Source of the DNA: an uncultured virus (IMG/VR IMGVR_UViG_3300021957_000018)
Taxonomy: Duplodnaviria; Heunggongvirae; Uroviricota; Caudoviricetes
Strand: one strand, 5' to 3'
IMG/VR virus record: IMGVR_UViG_3300021957_000018
DNA length: 20,000 bases
Of the stretch, positions 15,903 to 20,000 are shown piece after piece (the stretch's first letter is position 1; every line of letters starts with the position of its first letter). The translations under genes were made by a program, and so were the position numbers. The notes under the pieces are model-generated. The model was not told the origin of the DNA. It made no database searches and was given only the letters and a program-made list of their open reading frames with translations.

Positions 15903-16685
15903 CTATAATTTTAAAGTTGTAGGGTAGCTATTATAAATAGGTTCTGTATTGGGGTTCTCTAATGAATATAGCTTATATATCATTTTAAACAGTTCAAAGT
16001 TCTCTTCTATTTCATCTATCTGTAACACTTTCCATCCTTTTCCTTGTATTACGTTTTTTTGTTTTGATGGACCTCTAGAATGAGCTTTTAACCATATTAT
16101 ACCTGTACGTTCTATTTTTATTCCTTTTGCTTCTTCTAATCCTTTTGCGTAAGCTGAAAGTTGCAAGTCGAAAGACTTATGAACTGAGTTGGATGTTTTA
16201 ATGTCCAGTAACCATATTTGTCCGTGCATTTTTACAACTAGATCTGCTGTTCCTGCATACTTATGTTCGTCTGACCATACAAAATCTTCAGCAGATATTA
16301 ATTCCGGCTTATGTGTTCTCCAAAAGTCAGCAAATTTTAATATCATTTCCCAAACTATTTGAGAGTACTTTGCATTACCATAGTCGTCCATCCAGGTAAC
16401 TTCTTTACCTAATACTAACTGCTCACATGCTTCATGTACCTGTGTTCCTTGCTTTCCAGCTCGTCTCATAATAAGATCGGCGTTATGCCCAACGTCTTTA
16501 AGCCAAGACTCAAAAAACTTATTTTTGGGCATATACTGAAGTATAGTTGTTACGGACGGGTAGTATACTCCTTCGCCTCTCTTATAAACTCTTCTATCTA
16601 AGAAGTTAATCTGCTTTAGTTGCGGGTTAAACTCTAATCTCTTTTTTTCATTCTGTTCAAGAATGTTCATTCCTTGCTTTATCAT
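15903..16685 (-). CDS. PD-(D/E)xK exonuclease (Cas4/RecB-like phage exonuclease)
   Basis: YYPSVTTIL, GTQVHEACE, E...YAGTADLV, LLDIKTS and QLSAYA motifs. ATGA-coupled to the primase. Confidence 0.9.
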   Translation of the reverse strand: MIKQGMNILEQNEKKRLEFNPQLKQINFLDRRVYKRGEGVYYPSVTTILQYMPKNKFFESWLKDVGHNADLIMRRAGKQGTQVHEACEQLVLGKEVTWMDDYGNAKYSQIVWEMILKFADFWRTHKPELISAEDFVWSDEHKYAGTADLVVKMHGQIWLLDIKTSNSVHKSFDLQLSAYAKGLEEAKGIKIERTGIIWLKAHSRGPSKQKNVIQGKGWKVLQIDEIEENFELFKMIYKLYSLENPNTEPIYNSYPTTLKL

Positions 16686-17605
16686 AAATTTAATTTTTGC
16701 AACATTATCTTAGAAAAATCTAATTCTATTGCGTTCTGTACTAGTTTAGTAAAGTCTTGAAATCCCATTTCTGAAGGATCTTTACCTGGTAGTTCAATTA
16801 GAAAAACTCTAAATCCTGCTGCTATGAATTTTTCAGCCATTTTTAAAGCTGCATCTTGAGCGTCTAAATCTAGAGCTATGTAGATGTCTGTTAATTTACT
16901 TGTTAATATTTTTCTCCAAAGTTCATTGGATATACTCTTACCTAAGATAGGTATAGCATTTCTTCTTATTGCTATAGCGTCAAATACTCCTTCACATAGT
17001 ATAATAGGACAATCCCAGTTTATTAAGTTCTCATAAAATATTATGTCTTTGGAAGATTCCGGGTTTTTGTACTTAAAATAGTTGCCGTCAAAACTTCTTC
17101 CAACAAAATAATTGAGCCTGTTGGATCCAGAATAACTCGGCAAAATAACTCTTCCTCCATATTCTCCACTTGTGCAGTATCCAATACCATATTTAATAAA
17201 ATCATTGTCGGTAAGGCCTCTGTCATATAGGTATTTTTTAACTAAATTTGCTACGACTGATGTGTTTGTTGCTTCATCTAATCTTTGATACTCTTTAGGG
17301 AGTTCAACTATTGATGTACCTGTATATTCTATTTCTGAACCTTTAGGTAAATACTTCAGTATAAGTGCAGCTTGATCTTTAGGTGTATTAAGTTGTTTGA
17401 GTAGTGAACGGATAGTGCGACCTTTTGTCTGACATACCCAGCATTCCCAGGGGTTATGTCCTTTTTCATTAGTAGCCATGTTTATTTCTAATTTAGGCTT
17501 ACGGTGATTGCAAAAGGGGCAATGGAAAGCATGATTTGCTCTCGCTCTCTTATGAGATTTACCTAGTAAATTCTCTATAGATCCAAGTAAAAAAGTATAA
17601 TCCAT
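16682..17605 (-). CDS. DNA primase (DnaG/T4 gp61-like)
   Basis: N-terminal Zn finger CPFCNH...CWVC, YLYDRG, FVGR, KYKNP, TOPRIM IILCEGVFDAI and IALDLDA, KDPSE. Confidence 0.93.
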   Translation of the reverse strand: MDYTFLLGSIENLLGKSHKRARANHAFHCPFCNHRKPKLEINMATNEKGHNPWECWVCQTKGRTIRSLLKQLNTPKDQAALILKYLPKGSEIEYTGTSIVELPKEYQRLDEATNTSVVANLVKKYLYDRGLTDNDFIKYGIGYCTSGEYGGRVILPSYSGSNRLNYFVGRSFDGNYFKYKNPESSKDIIFYENLINWDCPIILCEGVFDAIAIRRNAIPILGKSISNELWRKILTSKLTDIYIALDLDAQDAALKMAEKFIAAGFRVFLIELPGKDPSEMGFQDFTKLVQNAIELDFSKIMLQKLNL

Positions 17606-17630
17606 TTAGTTGTCCGTAACTATTATCTTA

Positions 17631-17662
17631 TAATATAAGAAAAATAATTCTAAATATCAACT
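17631..17662 (-). promoter_or_regulatory. Putative host-sigma-type promoter (class A) upstream of primase
   Basis: Minus strand AGTTG-atatttagaattatt-TTTCTTATATTA. GTTG-N20-TATATTA resembles the Bacteroidota -33/-7 architecture. Confidence 0.7.
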
Positions 17663-18078
17663 AATTTTAAATGGTTTTTTTGATTAACCATAATATTTGA
17701 TGGTCTAATGTCTAATTCTTCTGGGTCTATACCTATTCTTTCAGACTCTCTTTCTAATGCTTCAACCCACTCTTCAGGAATATCTCCTTTAAACTCTCCT
17801 AAAACTTCCATTTGTATTACCCCTAACTTGGGATTTATAACTTCTACATCGTATATTCTAGCAAAATTGTTTGTTTTTTTACCTTTTAGTATAGCTGCAT
17901 GTTCTAATTCTACTTCGTCTGTTGTTGCTTTGTATACTCTGCCGTTAAGTAGGTACGCTGATCCGTAATCCCCAGAGCCTAAATATTTACCGCCTTTGTC
18001 TCTAAGTTGATCTGTTACTTTTTCAAAGGCTGGGTTATATTCTAGTATTTCACCAAGTATAACTCTTGATAGCTTCAT
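17650..18078 (-). CDS. Minimal protein-kinase-like (PKL fold) protein
   Basis: Gly loop LGSGDYGSAY, beta3 Lys VYKAT, alphaC Glu, hinge IQMEVL, catalytic loop LDIRPSNIM, terminal LKLVDI (DFG-equivalent Asp). Confidence 0.8.
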   Translation of the reverse strand: MKLSRVILGEILEYNPAFEKVTDQLRDKGGKYLGSGDYGSAYLLNGRVYKATTDEVELEHAAILKGKKTNNFARIYDVEVINPKLGVIQMEVLGEFKGDIPEEWVEALERESERIGIDPEELDIRPSNIMVNQKNHLKLVDI

Positions 18079-18083
18079 TATTA

Positions 18084-18431
18084 TTAACTTTCTTTTTTAT
18101 TAAAATTAAACTTCACAGTAGGTGTCCATTCTCTTTCTCCTGGTTCTACATCGTAGTAGTTACTATCTTGTGTGATTTCTAATCCTTTGCTTTTTATAAA
18201 CCCTGTTATTTTATTCCACTCGTCTTCTTCAAATTCACTCTTAATTCTAAAAGTTACTTTACCGTAAGCTTTCCCTTTTAATGGGTCATTATCTTCTCGT
18301 CCGTCAGAATAGTCTCCCATATTTACATATGGGTTTCCTCCAAATTTACTTTCTAGCTCTTTAGCTAGGGAATCTGATTCTTTATCATACTTGTTAAAGT
18401 CTACTTCTAAAAGAATGTCTGTTAGTTTCAT
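18084..18431 (-). CDS. Hypothetical acidic protein with MKLTDILLE leader
   Basis: 115-aa ORF, ATGA-coupled to the upstream gene. Confidence 0.78.
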   Translation of the reverse strand: MKLTDILLEVDFNKYDKESDSLAKELESKFGGNPYVNMGDYSDGREDNDPLKGKAYGKVTFRIKSEFEEDEWNKITGFIKSKGLEITQDSNYYDVEPGEREWTPTVKFNFNKKES

Positions 18432-18688
18432 AATTTATAAATTTTTACTTTAAGATCTCCTGTCCCTTTAATTAATCGGTGGTAAGTCTCTTTAGGTATA
18501 AATAGTTTATTTTCTGATAATCTCTGTGGTAATTTGTTATCTAATTGAAATTGCCAGTCTGTTGTATGTGTAGTTTCTACAATCCTGTCTTCTTTGTCTC
18601 TATGCCATACTAATTCAAATGAGGGAGTATCTTGAAAGAACTCTCTAACTATATAATCGTCTTTTTTTTCCTCTAAGTAAGGTCGCAT
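18428..18688 (-). CDS. Small cupin-like protein
   Basis: 86 aa. WHRDKEDR and FIPKETYHRL match the two His-containing cupin motifs. TAATG-coupled to the upstream gene. Confidence 0.7.
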   Translation of the reverse strand: MRPYLEEKKDDYIVREFFQDTPSFELVWHRDKEDRIVETTHTTDWQFQLDNKLPQRLSENKLFIPKETYHRLIKGTGDLKVKIYKL

Positions 18689-19215
18689 TATGCTTTAGTT
18701 TGTAGTCGAATCCATTTAGTTCCATCAGACCATACCATTATACCTTCGTATGGTTTATCTAAAGTATACCCATCTGGGTGTTCGTCATTATCTAGAAACT
18801 GCCCGGTAGGGGCCATTAGTATTGCTTTAGTATTTGCTGTAAATCCGCTATTCATAACAAATCTTACAGAACGATAAGTACTAGTAGCTGATGTTGCATC
18901 AGGTAGAATGATATGAGCTGTGCCGTTACCGCCTTGCCAATCCACTGCAATAATAGAGGTATTTTCATATTCTGAACCTGTAACGTAATATTCAGGTGCT
19001 GTTGATGGAGCTGAACCAGTTACTGTTAGAGGGGTCGGTACTAAGTATGTATTACCAGTGTTAGTTTGATTATAATTATTTATAGAACTAGTCACATAGT
19101 TATTGACTTGATCTAAAGTAGTATATTTAGTTACACCGTTTTGAACATCTGCAAATAGTTCATCTCCTTGGAGGTCGGTTGATTGTGGTAGCTGTGATAT
19201 GGGTAAATTAGGCAT
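18688..19215 (-). CDS. Putative virion structural/fibre-associated protein
   Basis: 175 aa, T/S/G/N-rich and beta-strand-like. N-terminus PISQLPQSTDLQGDELF..VQNGVT is of the type seen at the start of phage fibre-like proteins (recognition from memory). Confidence 0.55.
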   Translation of the reverse strand: MPNLPISQLPQSTDLQGDELFADVQNGVTKYTTLDQVNNYVTSSINNYNQTNTGNTYLVPTPLTVTGSAPSTAPEYYVTGSEYENTSIIAVDWQGGNGTAHIILPDATSATSTYRSVRFVMNSGFTANTKAILMAPTGQFLDNDEHPDGYTLDKPYEGIMVWSDGTKWIRLQTKA

Positions 19216-19441
19216 AGTTAGTAATATAAATTGAAGAACCGTTTTCTTGTTGAATCAAAAATAAATCTTCCTGCAATAGAAACCCTGTTACTCGTATTCG
19301 GGGTATTCTAGGTCCTTTGTTTTGTTTTTTCATTTCGTTGGCAAGAGAATCAAGGTAAAATCTATAATGCCGGATCTGTTCGTTTTCAGTTAAGATACGA
19401 ATATGGCTTTGATTTTTAAACTGTTTCCAAGTTATTTCCAT
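19208..19441 (-). CDS. Small hypothetical protein
   Basis: 77-aa ORF filling the gap between neighbours; C-terminal FLLQEDLFLIQQENG. Confidence 0.65.
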   Translation of the reverse strand: MEITWKQFKNQSHIRILTENEQIRHYRFYLDSLANEMKKQNKGPRIPRIRVTGFLLQEDLFLIQQENGSSIYITNYA

Positions 19442-19444
19442 ATT

Positions 19445-19999
19445 CTACCAGTATCCAGAGAAGTTCTTTGCGCCTCCTAGTGATTTCCAATAACGACCTA
19501 CATTACAAGCCCAGTAACCTGGTTTTGTTTTGTCTTTTTTAGTAGCGCATTTATGTCTTGCAGCAAAAGATGCTCTTGCTCCTGGTTCTTTTATCTTTAC
19601 ACTTAGTCCTGTTGTGCCTCCAAAAGATACTTTAACAACATTGCCTTTTTTATTTTTAGTATAAACAAAGAACTTTTTAGAACCTCCTCTTTTTGGTTTA
19701 TTTAAAGGAACATCTTTGCCTTTGTATTTAGCTTCTTCTATTGATTTTTCTAGATCTTTTATTTTTTGAACTATAAAAGGCACATTCATTCCATCATTTG
19801 GATCGTCTAATCTTGCTTTTAATCTATCAATTGTTTGTTGAGTAGTTTCTTCTTTTTCATATTTAGATTCTTCTATCATAGGTAAATCTAAAGGTACTTT
19901 TGTTCCTTCAAATAATCCATATAGACCAATATCTGTTGTTTCTATTAACTTTAAGTCTTCTTCGTTAAGTTGAATTTTACCGTCTCTATGAGCATCTCT
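19445..19999 (-). CDS. Modular protein with basic C-terminal Cys/His domain (5' end outside window)
   Basis: The frame stays open upstream of the track's Met at 19879 to the window edge (RDAHRDGKIQLNEEDLKLIETTDIGLYGLFEGTKVPLDLPMIEE). The last module AKYKGKDVPLNKP...KVSFG...ARASFAARHKC...PGYWAC follows an IEE site. Confidence 0.8.
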   Translation of the reverse strand, partial: RDAHRDGKIQLNEEDLKLIETTDIGLYGLFEGTKVPLDLPMIEESKYEKEETTQQTIDRLKARLDDPNDGMNVPFIVQKIKDLEKSIEEAKYKGKDVPLNKPKRGGSKKFFVYTKNKKGNVVKVSFGGTTGLSVKIKEPGARASFAARHKCATKKDKTKPGYWACNVGRYWKSLGGAKNFSGYW

Positions 20000-20000
20000 T

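Noticed and set aside
15903..16685. Cas4-like nuclease as a sign of a CRISPR system
   Set aside because: No repeat-spacer array or other cas genes. It is coupled to the primase, as expected for a phage replication/recombination exonuclease.
15392..17226. Nested minus-strand ORFs 15392-15634 and 17041-17226
   Set aside because: Short alternative frames inside the lipoprotein and primase, with no motifs and no codon signal noticed, unlike the 15069-15307 overlap.
296..17968. All plus-strand ORFs in the track (e.g. 296-538, 2614-2826, 5116-5499, 5118-5429, 7191-7475, 10949-11281, 14442-14744, 15153-15533, 17708-17968)
   Set aside because: They lie antisense to well-supported minus-strand genes. 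Their Ser/Phe/Leu/Pro-rich composition is the expected mirror of Glu/Lys/Gly-rich coding.
19879..19879. Met at 19879 as the true start of the last gene
   Set aside because: The frame is open to the window edge with normal protein-like sequence, so the gene most likely starts outside the window.
1..20000. Stop-codon reassignment, as in some Bacteroidota phages
   Set aside because: Genes are intact and tightly packed under code 11. TAG (12436, 15069, 17650) and TGA (14366, 16682, 18428) end genes at sensible boundaries.
1..20000. tRNA, ncRNA or intrinsic terminators
   Set aside because: Intergenic gaps are under ~70 nt and AT-rich. No cloverleaf or convincing GC hairpin plus U-tract was seen.

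Overview
AT-rich, very gene-dense segment of a large tailed dsDNA phage with T4-related head genes. All credible genes are on the minus strand and use the standard code, with TAA, TAG and TGA all serving as stops. The host is probably Bacteroidota: starts lack Shine-Dalgarno sites and two promoters resemble the -33/-7 type. In transcription order (right to left) the window holds a partial basic modular protein, two structural-like proteins, a cupin, a minimal protein-kinase-like protein, a DnaG-type primase, a PD-(D/E)xK exonuclease, a lipoprotein, a P-loop kinase, an HxGH nucleotidyltransferase/Zn-ribbon/HExxH fusion, a HAD nucleotidase, several small or basic proteins, a 1184-aa acidic mosaic protein, a nuclease-like protein, the terminase large subunit and a gp20-like portal that the ORF track missed. 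Main observations: (1) about ten unrelated proteins share a short N-terminal leader ending in (I/L)-x-E, and the large mosaic proteins have similar sites between modules, suggesting a capsid-targeting and prohead-protease-processed cargo system that includes enzymes; (2) a 239-nt same-strand overlap shows codon-level evidence of dual coding; (3) two distinct recurring promoter-like motifs. Functional calls come from motifs read by eye; no searches were run.
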